This document shows positions 25,821-37,447 of a DNA stretch of 64,000 nt, in pieces. The notes under the pieces are model-generated. The model worked only from the letters and a program-made list of their open reading frames with translations, was not told the origin of the DNA and ran no database searches. The translations under genes were made by a program, and so were the position numbers. The stretch comes from Isurus oxyrinchus (taxonomy: Eukaryota), in contig JANJGN010000002.1 of assembly GCA_026770705.1 (NCBI GenBank), positions 210,800,001 through 210,864,000 on the forward strand, written 5' to 3'. Position 1 is the first letter of the stretch. The number at the start of each line of letters is the position of its first letter.

Positions 25821-26100
25821 GCCAACCCATGAGGCCTCTGATTGCCTCGATCCCCAAGGCCGATTTAAACTGCCTTGGAGGCATCCAACTGCAACGCCCC
25901 CACCCTCCCGTTCATCCAAATCTTCCAGCCCCCATTGCGAGTTTTGAATGTTGCCCCTTCCCTGGATGTGAACAGCTTCCACTTCCTGCCGATCATGGCT
26001 CGAACTAATCTATCCCTGCAGCGTCTTCTCTCGTGTTCTCCACCGACTAGAAGCCAAGCCTGTCAATCAGGCTAACTTTGGAGTAGGGAATCTACCTGTC

Positions 26101-26153
26101 ACATCACACACGCACGCACGCACTCACTCACTCACGCACGCACATACACACAC
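26101..26153. repeat. (CA/CG/CT)n microsatellite
   Basis: acacacgcacgcacgcactcactcactcacgcacgcacatacacacac. Confidence 0.85.
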
Positions 26154-26304
26154 CTCCTAAAATTTCACGCGTGCATAGAAACCCCGAACTCTAAGTTTCC
26201 TGCTGCCGGGCCCCTTCAATCCCAGCAAAAATTTACAATTGCCCTCCAGTATCTCTAATTTTCTGCATCAAAATTTCCACTCATGTACAAAATCACTAAT
26301 GCAC

Positions 26305-27030
26305 GTCTGTATTCAAGAAAGTAGGGAGACAGAAAGCAGGAAACTACAGGCCAGTTATCTGTCATAGGACAAATGCTAGAATCCATTACTAAGGGGGCAG
26401 TAGCAGGACATTTAGAAAATCATAAGACAATCAGGCAGAGTCAACATGGTTTTCTGAAAGGAAAATTGTGTTTGACTAATTTATTAGAGTTCTTTGAGGA
26501 AATAATAAGCAAGGTGGTTAAAGGGGAGCCTATGGATTTGGTGTATTTAGATTTCCTAAAGATATAAGTTGTGGTATAAAGGCTGCTACACAAAATAAGA
26601 GCTCATGGTGTAGGGGGTAACATATTGGCAAGGATAAGGATTGGTTAGCTAACAAAAAGCAGAGAGTAGAGTTACATAGGTCATTTTCGGAAAGGCAAGT
26701 TGTTATTAGTAGAGTGCCATAGGGATCAGTGTTGGGGCCTCAACTATTTACAATCTATTTCAATGACTTGGGTGAATGGGCCGAATGCATGGTTGCTAAA
26801 TTTGCTGATGACACAAAAATATGTAAGGAAGTAAATTGTTAGGAGGACATAGAGTCTACAGGTAGCTTTAGACAGGTTAAGTGAGTGGGCAAAAATTTGG
26901 CAGGTGGCGTAAAATGTGAATTTGACCACTTTGACAGGAAGAATAGAAAAGCAGTAAACCATTTGAATGGACAGAGACTGCAGGACTCTGGTACAGAGGG
27001 ATCTGGGTGGCCTGGTACATGAATCACAAA
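26305..27030 (+). mobile_element. CR1 LINE ORF2 (RT) internal fragment
   Basis: QSQHGFLKGKLCLTNLLEFFEE...DLVYLDF; downstream GSVLGP and KFADDTK. Confidence 0.88.
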
Positions 27031-27316
27031 AAGAGATTCCTGCTCCTAATTCTTGTGTACTTCTGTGAGCCAGAGCTGCTGTTGCCACTATACCAGAGGC
27101 ACAAGTGGTGACTTGTGCCTGCAGCTCATTGGCCCTTTCATGTGCAAGCTTTCTTGACCCTTTTCACATTTAAATCTTTTTTGCCATAATTGAAATAAAA
27201 AGCATATTAACGGGCAGCAGCCTTGAATGCTGATATAAATATATTAAAAACACTTGCTGATGGTGAAACAAATCTGTAGATTGAAACAGAGATAATTTGA
27301 CTTTCTCTTTCAACAG

Positions 27317-27427
27317 GTCTTGTGCAGCAATAGTTTACTGGACTCTGCGGAATATTGGTTACGGAATGAGAAGAAACTTTGCCGGGTTGGATTCCTGGAA
27401 GATAAGGCAGGAAACAGCTGCCCGACG
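27317..27427 (+). CDS. SPHKAP: SPHKAP coding exon, equivalent to mammalian exon 3
   Basis: ctttctctttcaacAG acceptor, ACG|GTACGT donor; 111 nt, phase 0/0, VLCSNSLLDSAEYWLRNEKKLCRVGFLEDKAGNSCPT versus recalled human VLRSNSLLESTDYWLQNQRMPCQIGFVEDKSENCAS; in frame with the exon ending at 8844. Confidence 0.93.
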
Positions 27428-29479
27428 GTACGTGTGATAGAAATTAAAAGAATGATTTCTACCTATCAACTTTTTAATAGAGGGTACCAGAAGGGATTTG
27501 AATAATTACAGTTCTTAACAAATATTGACCAGATGGGGATCTGTGGTTAGGTAGTTGCTGTGAAATGACTCCTATCAATAATTTTGCTGAAAAAATTCAT
27601 GAGAATTGAAAATTGTTTCCTAAAATTTTACCCTGACTATTATTTAATGCGATACCATTCAGTTATTTTGCACAGAAAGTCAAAAGCTGAACTCATGTCA
27701 TGTGATAGGAGGAAACAACATTACTAAAAAATAATCTATTAATGAAGCTCACATCATGCTCTGGGGTTTCCACAGAAGAGGTAGCAGATGATCATGGCAG
27801 CCCCATAGAAATTCAACTGTTTAGTCTATTCAAGTACCTGGCATTATCTTCATGTTGATTTCTGTTCTTCTTTACACTGGGTGTCGTGAAATCGTAAACA
27901 GATACTTTGTAAATTCATCTCCGTGCATAATGGAAATCTTCCCCCATTTGTACAACAATACATTACCATTGGACAGATAATTCATGCTGTTCTATCCAAT
28001 TATGACAGTGAAAAATGTTCAGAGAAGAACAGTAAAAGTGATTCCTGAACACACATCATTCAGTTCTCAAGAAAGACTAAGAAAGCTAATCTATCCTCAT
28101 TTGAAGCACCGCCAACTGGGACATAATCACACTACAGGTGGCAATCCATCTATCTCTTTGAGTGAAAGCAAATTTTGTGGTTAATCTCTTTCGTGGATCT
28201 CGCATTATTACTGCAAAACTGACAAAATGTGTGAATGCTTAATTTTAATACTCAAATCAATTTAAATGCATGTAAACATGACAGAGTGATTTCCTGTTTG
28301 TAGAATGGAATCATTTTATGTGCTTTGCTCAGCCATCTGGTGTGATCATTAAGTTAAGTTTCATGTCTGATTGCTATTCTTTTGTATGAGCTCTTAATAT
28401 TCATTTTTCAGTGCCTTCTGCTACGGTGCTTTGGAGAGAAGAGGTAAAAAATGTTTAGGTGGAGGTAAGAATAGGGAAATAGGGTATCAGGTTCAGCAGC
28501 TTGATACTAGCTGTTCTTGAAGCATTTGATAGAACAGGAAGAATGAAACAAGAGAAGGGATGTGAAAAAAACTCAAACAATACAAACGTTTATAGGAGCT
28601 CAAGCAACAATGCATCCAAATGCAAACTACAAAATACTGTGGTGGTCGCCAAATCAAATTAAAATGAATGATGGGGTTCATTATAAGTACATTTTCATCA
28701 CCATATGGTTAGTAATCTGGTGAATGAAGATTGGATGGATTCTATAACAGGCGGGCATTCTACTCCATCAGATTACTCCTACCATGTGGTAAAGACAAAC
28801 ATTTACCCCAGAATTTCAGGGTTGATGTGATACAAGATTAAAGAAGGCTTGTCAGGGAGAGCAGCAGGTATCAGAGCTGGACAGTATTCATCCATCATTT
28901 TGCCACCAGCCATATCTGGGTCTCCTGACACATCTACCTGACAATGGTCAAGATAGCTTGCCTCAATAGACTTTGGTCAGGACAGAGCTAGAGATAACAG
29001 CTCCTCACATTAGTAAGGAATATCCATAGCATAAGTACTGTCCTTTCTGGAGTACATCCTTCAGACCTTTTTATACTCTTAATTAGCTTGTGGCTTTTAA
29101 CTTAGAAGATTTTTGTGGCATGATTACCTGGGAACTTTCATTGTTTGAATTAGCTTCACTCCACAATTGTTCATACCTTGAAAAATTCAGGAGGTTTACA
29201 CTTACCAAGCATAATGTGGTGTGCAAATCCAAATGGCAGCCACTCCTGCTCCAGAGGATTGCTGGAAATGGCCTATTATCTTAGTTTGGACGTGCTTTCT
29301 AGCTTTAAAACTCTGAAGTTTGGCGAAGGGAGACAAGGACACATGATCTGTTTAACGCTTGTAGCACTGAAATCACGAGATACCATGTATCCAGTGTCCC
29401 ATCCTGAAAGAAGATATGCCAGGGTGACCATCAGCCAGGGTACCCTGGCTGATTTATGTCCTGTGGAGTGGCAAAATGT

Positions 29480-29892
29480 GTGTCAGCTGTGGTCGCATTC
29501 CAGCCTCTGAATCAGAAGCTAACACCTTCAAGTCACACTCCAGAGACTCGAGTATGTAATCTGGGTTGGCACTGCAGTGCAGTACTGAGCAGAACTGCCA
29601 GAGTTGCTGTCTTTTGGATAATAAGCTAAACTGAGGCTCTGCCTGTCCTCTCAGGCGTATGGATATGGTAGCATTCTAAGAGTAGAAGGTCAGCTCACCC
29701 CCCCAGTGTCCTGGCCAATATTTATATCACAACAAACCCCTAAAACAGAAGGTCTAGTCATTCAATTCACTACTGCTTGTGTAAACTTGCTGTACATAAA
29801 TTGGCTACAGCAGTGACAATCGCAGTTTAGTTGTAAAGTGCTTTGGTTCTTCCTGAGTTCTGAATAGCTCTATTTAAATATGTCTTTTTTAA
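29480..29892 (+). mobile_element. Deu-domain SINE (SacSINE1-like)
   Basis: tRNA-like head, central taaactgaggctctgcctgtcctctcagg Deu-type block, tail gtaaagtgctttgg...tcctgag...tatttaaat. Confidence 0.7.
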
Positions 29893-32800
29893 AAATTTCC
29901 TTATATCCAATTGAGCCACAATGTGATTGTCACCTGTGTTTAATTCTGAAAGATGCTACTCAGACTCAAATAATATTTAATTCTTCCCATTTTAACAGAA
30001 ACCGTAATCCACTTGTTTTAAATGTATTAATTTCTCGCTTAAAATAACTGATTCAACTGACATAAAAATACTAATATTAAACAGTAATCTCTAGGCTATA
30101 TGTATACATTAATTTCACTGATTTTCTTTTAAAACACAAGTTGACATAATTAGAGCAACTGTCTCATTTGATCTAGTGAACATAATCGAGGCATATTCAG
30201 CATCCAATACCTAATTCAATTAAAATGATCATATAATATTTTAGCCCTGTCGTTAATATTCCCTGGTAATGCAAGAAAAGCTAAACCTACTTTGCATTAG
30301 TAATTATGGTAATGTTTCAACATAAACCTTCCCCTCATCCTCAAGTGAACCAAACGAACAATTACTATCTTTAAATATGTATTCTGTGCCTCTATTTCAT
30401 TTGTAGACAGTGACATTGTGATTCTTATCCAGTGACTGGATTGGAGGCAGAGGAGATTTAACTGGCAAGTGACATCATCTCCCCAGTCCCATCATCTCCT
30501 GATGTTGCTATGGGGAGATGTGGGGTAGCATGGTAAAATCAACACTTCACCCCTACCTAAGCTGGAATTTTTCAAATGTCATTAAACATTCAGTTGGCTT
30601 AGTTGCTTTATTCAGTTCTTTATGAAACAGCCCTCATGATAAATAGTACCCAATAAAGCTAAATGTCCTCCTCCCTCTCCGCTGTAGCATTTCTGTCATT
30701 CTGTCATATCAAGAGGAGACCTTTGTGCTTTTTTAACAGTACGTTGCTCCCTTCAGGGGTCCTTTTAGTGTCCAACTGATGATATTTATGTATGACAAGT
30801 CGGAGGGAACAAGGACCAGTTGCTCCAAAGCAAATTCAAGGAATATATATAGAACATTGTTTTACAATATTTTATCCTGCTTTAAAACAAAGCACCAGAT
30901 GCTCATTGTTTTAAAAATGCATATTACTCCTGAAATTTCATTTAATATCCATATAAATAAACAAGTAGAAAACAAATGATGAAAGAAACCCTGAAAAGTA
31001 TAGTTCCAAAATTTGTAAGTATGTTCACTATTCAGAATCCATTCCCTACAGATGATTATTTTAAAAAATCAGAACACCAACAGTGTGTGGGTTGCTTGAA
31101 AATTGTACAGTGAGACGTTAAATTGCAACCCTCAAGTCAAGCTTAAATTTTCAATGTGTGATGATCTCATAAATGACTCAGTACTGCTAAAAAGTCTTTT
31201 TAATATTTATTCGGCGATATTAATCTGTTTTCTGGTTAATCTATAGCAGGAAACCTAAAACAATGTCTAAGAATTTGATGGGCATTTCAGTAAATGCAAA
31301 TATTATCGAAGGACACAATAATCATTTAGTTACAAGTCAATTTTATTTCCTAATCATAAGGTACTTGTTTAGAGATATTTGAATAACATAATTAGTAACC
31401 CAATAATTATCAGAAACCAATTGTGCCTGATATTCAAATTTTGTAACTTTAGTTCAAAACTGATTTAAAGTAATAAACTCTGGGCCAGATTTTGCTCATG
31501 ATTATTTATGTGTAAATGCTACAGCAGCTTCAGGAAAGAGCAAATGCACGATTAAATGCCAATGCCAAATGTTGCTGTTGGAGTGGCACTGCTCCACTGT
31601 TGGGTTCACAAAAACAGAAGTTAGTTGTCTGCCAAACCAGTGACATCCTTTAAATGCCATGAAGCTGCTGCATTTGTGAAAAGGATATGAATAAAAGCCA
31701 CCACAGATATTTAGGCTAGTACTTGCAAAATTAACACAGTAAGTGTTAATTAGTGACAATCAGCACCTCGGACACTGATAATTAATAATTGGAAGTGTGG
31801 AGTCTCTTTCCTTCAAGTTGTTAATTGTTTTACGAGATTTTAGAAATGTCAAATTTAAAATTTAACTTTTTTCCTTATTTGTTCTTTCGGTCTCTTTCAT
31901 AGAAACATAGAAAATAAGAGCACGAGTAGGCCATTCAGCCCTTCGAGCCTGCTCCACCATTCATTATGATCACGGCTGATCATCCAACTCAATAGCCTGC
32001 TCCCGCTTTTTCCCCATATCCTTTTATCCCTTTTGCCCCAAGAGCTATATCTAACTCCTTATTGAAAACATACAATGTTTTGGCCTCAACTACTTTCTGT
32101 GGTAGCAAATTCCACAGGTTCACCACTCTCTGGGTGAAGAAATTTCTCCTCATCTCAGTCCTACGACCGTATCCTCAGACTGTGACCCCTGGTTCTGGAC
32201 TCCCCCACCATCAGGAACACCCTTCCTGCATCTACCCTGTCTGGTCCTGTTGGAATTTTATAGGTTTCTATGAGATCCCCCCTCATTCTTCTGAGCTCCA
32301 GCAAATATAATCATAACTGACTCAATCTCTCCTCATATGTCAGTCCTGTCATCCCAGGAATCAGTCTGGTAAACCTTTGCTGCACTCCCTCTATAGCAAG
32401 AACATCCTTCCTCAGATAAGGAGACCAAAACTGCACTCAATGTTCTCACCATGGCCCTGTATAATTGCAGCAAGATATCCCTGCTCCTGTACTCGAATCC
32501 TCTTGATATGAAGGCCAACATACCATTTGCCTTCTTTACCAAGTGCTGCACCTGCATGCTTACCTTCAGCGACTGGTGTACGTGGATACCCAGGTCTCGT
32601 TGCACATTCCACTCTCTCAATTTATAGCCATTCAGATAATAATCTGCCTTCTTGTTTTTGCTACCAAACTGGATAACCTCACGTTTATCCACATTATACT
32701 GCATCTGCTATGCATTTGCCCACTCACTCAGCTTGTCCAAATCACACTGAAGCATCTCTGCATCCTTCTCACAGCTCACCCTCCCACCCAGCTTTGTGGC

Positions 32801-33333
32801 ATCTGCAAATTTGGAGATATTACATTTAGTTCTCTCATCTAAATCATTAATATATATTGGGAATAGCTAGGATCCCAGCACCGATCCATGCAGTACCCCA
32901 CTAGCCACTGCCTGCCATTCAGAAAAAGACCCGTAAATTCCTACTCTTTGTTTCCTGTTTGCCAACCAGTTTTCTATCCATCTCAACACACTACCCCCAA
33001 TCCCATGCGCTTTAATTTTACATGCTAATCTCTTATGTGGGAATTTGTCGAAAGCCTTCTGAAAGTCCAAATAAACCACATCCACTAGCTCTCCTTTATC
33101 AACTCTACGAGTTATATCCTCAAAATTCCAATGAATTTGCCGAGCATGATTTACCTTTCGTAAATCCATGCTGATTCTGTTTGATTCTACCACTGTTTTC
33201 CAAGTGCTCAGCTATTAAATCTTTTATAATGGACTCTAGAATTTTCCCCACTACTGATGTCAGGCTGACTGGTCTATAATTCCCTGTTTTCTCTCTACCT
33301 CCCTTTCTAAATAGTGGGGTTACATTAGCTAGC

Positions 33334-33574
33334 GATAAAAACAAAAAACTGCGGATGCTGGAAATCCAAAACAAAAACAGAATTACCTGGAAAAATTCAT
33401 CAGGTCTGGCAGCATTGGCGGAGAAGAAAAGAGTTGATGTTTCGAGTCCTCATGACCCTTCAACAGAACTGAAGTTCTGTTGAAGGGTCATGAGGACTCG
33501 AAACGTCAACTCTTTTCTTCTCCGCCAATGCTGCCAGACCTGATGAATTTTTCCAGGTAATTCTGTTTTTTGTT
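33334..33574. mobile_element. Fold-back (palindromic) Penelope-derived mini-element with hammerhead motif on each strand
   Basis: Arms ~33368-33470 and 33473-33576 are near-perfect reverse complements around a 2-nt loop; TSD ttacattagctagc at 33320-33333 and 33575-33588. Confidence 0.92.
33473..33511 (+). ncRNA. Minimal hammerhead motif (core CUGUUGA, GUC site)
   Basis: AGTT-CTGTTGA-A-GGGTC-ATGAG-GACTC-GAAAC-GTC-AACT; predicted cut after C33507. Confidence 0.7.
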
Positions 33575-34219
33575 TTACATTAGCTAGCCTCCAATCTGTA
33601 GGAACTGTTCCAGAGTCTATAGAATCTTGGAAGATGACCACCAATGCATCCACTATTTCTACGGCCACTTCCTTAAGTAGTCTGGGATGTAGATTATCAG
33701 GCCCTGGGGATTTATCGGCCTTCAATCCCATCAATTTCCCCAACAGCATTTCCCTACTAATACTGATTTCTTTCAGTTCCTCCCTCTCTCTAAACCATGT
33801 GTTCCCCAACAGTTCTGTTATGTTATTTGTGTCCTCCTTTGTGAAGACAGAACCAAAGTATGTGTTTAGTTGATCAGCCATTTCTTTGTTCCCCGTTATA
33901 AATTCCCCAGTTTCTGACTGTAAGGGACTAATCTCTTATGTCTTCACCAATCTTTTTCTGTTCACATACCTATAGAAACTTTTACAGTCAGTTTTTATGG
34001 TCCCCACAAGCTTACTCTTGTACTCTATTTTCCCCTTGTTAATCAATCCCTTGGCCCTTCTTTGAGTTCTAAACTGCTTCCAATCCTCAGGAATGTTGTT
34101 TTTTCTGGCCAGTTTATATGCCTCTTCCTTGGATCTAATACTATCTCTAATTTCTCTTGTAAGCCATGGTTTGGCCACCTTTCCTGTTTTACTTTTGCAC
34201 CAGACAGGAATAAACAATT

Positions 34220-34461
34220 ATAAAAACAAAAAAACTGCAGATGCTGGAAATCCAAAACAAAAACAGAATTACCTGGAAAAACTCAGCAGATCTGGCAGCA
34301 TCGGCGAAAAAGAAAAGAGTTGACGTTTCGAGTCCTCATGACCCTTCGACTCTCACTCAAGTTCTGTCGAAGGGTCATGAGGACTCGAAACGTCAACTCT
34401 TTTCTTCTCCGCCGATGCTGCCAGACCTGCTGAGTTTTTCCAGGTAATTCTGTTTTTGTTT
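34220..34461. mobile_element. Second fold-back Penelope-derived mini-element
   Basis: Inverted arms with ~15-nt spacer (34351-34365); TSD aggaataaacaatt at 34206-34219 and 34462-34475. Confidence 0.92.
34360..34398 (+). ncRNA. Minimal hammerhead motif (core CUGUCGA, GUC site)
   Basis: AGTT-CTGTCGA-A-GGGTC-ATGAG-GACTC-GAAAC-GTC-AACT; predicted cut after C34394. Confidence 0.7.
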
Positions 34462-35472
34462 AGGAATAAACAATTGTTGCAGTTCACCAGTGCGCTCTTT
34501 GAATGTTTGCCATTGCCTATCCACCGTCACCCCTTTAAGTAATATCTCCCAATTCATCATAGCCAACTCGTGCCTCATACTATCGTAATTTTCTTTATTA
34601 AGATTTATTAAGATAAGGACACTTGTCTCAGAATCAACTACGTCACTCTTCATCTTGATGAAGAATTCTACCATATTATAGTCGCTCATCTCCAAGGGGC
34701 CTCACACAACTAGATTGCCAATTATTCCTTTCTCATTGCACAATACCCAGTCTAGGATGGCCTGTTCTCAACATTGGTTCCTCAACATATTGGTCCAGAA
34801 AACCACCCCGTATACACTCCAGGATTTCCCCCTCTACGGTATTGATACTAATTTGATTTGCCCAATCTATATGCAGATTAAAGTCACCCGTAATTACAGA
34901 TGATCCTTTATTGCATGGGTCTCTAATTTCCTGGTTAATGCTATTCCCAACATCACCACTACAGTTTGGGGGTCTATATACAACCCCCACTAACGTTTTT
35001 TGCCCCTTAGTGTTTCTCAGCTCTACCCATACATATTCCACAATGTCGGAGATAATATCTTTCCTCACTATTGCGTTAATTTCCTCTTTAACCAGCAATG
35101 CAACTCCACCAACTTTTCCTTTTTGTCTGTCCTTCCTAAATACTGAATACCCCTGGATGTTCAGTTCCCATCCTTGGTCAACCTGCAACCATGTCTCCGT
35201 AATCCCGACTATATCATACCTGTTTACATCTATTTGCATGGTTAATTCATCCACTTTATTGCGAATGCTCCTCACGTTAAGACACAAAGCCTTAAGGCTT
35301 GTCTTTTTAACATTACTTGTTCCAATCCCACTATTTTTCACTGAGTCCCTGTTTGACTCTTGCCCTTGATTTCTCTGCCTATCACTTTTCTTATTCCCCT
35401 TTCTGTTTTTTGTTCTTATCCTTGATTCCCTCTCCTCTGACTTCTTGCATAGGTTCCAATCCCGCTGCTGTT

Positions 35473-36411
35473 TTAGGTTAAACCCTCCTCAACCACTCTA
35501 GCAAATATTCCCCCTAGTAGATTAGTCCTAGTCCAGCCCAGGTGTAACCCGTCCAGTTTGTATTGGTCGCACCACCCCCAGAACTGGTCCCAATGTCCCA
35601 GGAATCTGAAACCCTCCCCCTCACACCATCTCTTAAGCCACGTATTCACCTGATATATCCAGCTATTTCTACTCTGACTAGCACGTGGCACTGGTAGTAA
35701 TCCTGAGATCATTACCTTTGAGGTCCTACTTGTCAACTTACTTCCTAACTCCCTATATTCTACTTTTAGGACCTCATCCTTTTATTTCCTATGTCGTTTG
35801 TACCAATGTGTACCACGACCACTGGCTGTTCACCCTCCCCCTTCAGAATGTCCTGTAGTCACACTGAGACATCCTTGACCCTAACACCAGGGCGGCATCG
35901 TACCAGCCTGGAGTCTCGGTTACGGCCACAGAAATGCCTGTCTATTCCCTCGACAACTGAATTCCCTATAATTATTGCATTCCTATACTTTTTACTCCTC
36001 CTCTGTGCAGCAGAGTCAACCATGGTGCAATGAATTTGGCTGTTGCTGCTTTCCCCTGAGAGGCCATTCCGCTCAAAAGCGGTATGTCAGTTTTGCAGGG
36101 GAATAGCCACTGGAGATTCCTGTACTGCCTGCCTAGTTCTCTTGCTCTGCCTGATGGTCACCCATTCCCTTTCTAGCTGTGGACTCAGCCTGCGCCGTGA
36201 CCACCTCTTTATATGCGCTATCCACTATACTTTCCACCTCGTGGATGCTCCATAATGTCCCCAGCCGCTGCTCCAGCTGCAAAACCCAGGCTTCCAGAAG
36301 CTTCATCTGGAGACACTTCCCACACACATGCTGGCCCTGGGCACTGGAAATGTTCCCCGCTTTACACATAGAGCAGGAGGAGCACACCAAGGCTTTGAGC
36401 TCTCCTGCCAT
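35473..36411 (-). pseudogene. CR1 ORF1 (zinc finger + SGNH esterase-like domain), disrupted
   Basis: MAGELKALVCSSCSMC...CGKC zinc finger; VVVHIGTND and DGLHL esterase blocks. Confidence 0.85.
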
Positions 36412-36632
36412 GACTTACCCCTTTAAATTAAATTAATCCTTTTGGAAGACACATAATATCAAATAGTATCAATTACTCTGTGGCCCTTCTTCCCTGGTCC
36501 TCATTGTTACAGAATATAGCCCTTACAAACAACAAAATAAGACCTTAAAAACTGTAAGCGATTAAAGTAGTAAATACTTACCTGACTGTACTCATGGTAC
36601 TCAAAGGATCACCTCATTCCGAAATCACCAAG

Positions 36633-37013
36633 CTCCCTCAGTCATCAAACTCCAACTTAAGCACTCTACTGTAGCCTAAAGCAGCACTCCAGTGTAGACA
36701 AAGTCAGCACTGTAAGATGGCCTGTTTTTATTCTCTCTGAATCTAGCCTCTGAAAACCTGTTTAAGCCAGTTATCTAATTAACTAGTTGCAGCTGCAAGC
36801 AGAGCCTGTATAAACCCTGTTTTAAAACTGGCCTAAAACTCACCTTCCAAATCAAACAGCAACTTTTAGCTAATTACTAAATTAAACAAAGACTAGACTT
36901 TAACTCTTAAATTCCCTCAGTCACCGAACTCCATCTGAAGCACTCTACCGCAGCCCAAAGCAGCACTGCTGTGCAGACAAAGTCAGCACTGTAAGATGGC
37001 TTGTTTTTATACC
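36633..37013 (-). repeat. ~280-bp tandem monomers at CR1 5' end (one full, one partial)
   Basis: ccctcagtca..aactcca..aagcactcta...agtcagcactgtaagatggc.tgtttttat occurs at 36635-36730 and 36914-37010. Confidence 0.85.
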
Positions 37014-37275
37014 CTCTTTCACTCAATCCAGTCTTCTTTCTATCTTTCTTCTTGTACCTAATTTGACATTGGATTCACTCCCTTTTAGTTTACCCTTCTT
37101 CCTAGTCCTTCTGTTTATTTCCAAATTCTTTAATCTGATTGTTTAAGGTGATGTCTTGTTTATTACCCTGTTCACTCAAATCCCAGGTTCCCTGTTCCCC
37201 TTGTTGTACCATTATCGATGTCAGTAACATAGTTGGCAAATTGTTTTGAGCTGAAGGGCGCAGGGAAAGTCTAAC

Positions 37276-37447
37276 TAATTTAGTAATTAGCTAAAAGTGC
37301 GTGTTTGGGTTGGAAGGTGAGTTTTAGGCCAGTTTTAAAACAGGGTTTATACAGGCTCTGCTTGCAGCTGCAACTAGTTAATTAGATAACTGGCTTAAAC
37401 AGGTTTTCAGAAGCTAGATACAGTGAGTATAAAAACAGGCCATCTTA
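37276..37447 (+). repeat. Inverted copy of part of the CR1 5'UTR monomer
   Basis: Reverse complement of ~36713-36884 with scattered mismatches. Confidence 0.9.

Larger units (their letters stand above)
32000..35341 (-). pseudogene. CR1 ORF2 (APE endonuclease + reverse transcriptase), broken by stops, frameshifts and two PLE insertions
   Basis: LNVRSIRNK...GITETWL...GVVYRPP...GDFN (34733-35341); KSPGPD, NYRPVSLTS, YLDFQKAFDK, GSVLG. Confidence 0.92.
31899..37013 (-). mobile_element. Near full-length CR1 LINE (tandem-monomer 5'UTR, ORF1, ORF2, octamer-repeat tail), inactivated
   Basis: Tail (TTTCTATG)2 at ~31898-31913; RT motifs; APE domain; ORF1; candidate TSD ctctttca at 31892-31899 and 37014-37021. 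Confidence 0.95.

Noticed and set aside
25469-26008. Proline-rich 179-aa ORF and glycine-rich antisense ORFs
   Set aside because: Produced by a poly-C tract within MITE-like low-complexity sequence.
28411-28464. AG...GT-bounded mini-exon candidate after exon 3
   Set aside because: The 32-nt version shifts frame and the 54-nt version has an in-frame TAA; no homology.
33334-34461. Repeated palindromic units as a CRISPR array or prokaryotic terminators
   Set aside because: Eukaryotic context; the units match the PLE terminal repeat and have TSDs, with no repeat-spacer periodicity.
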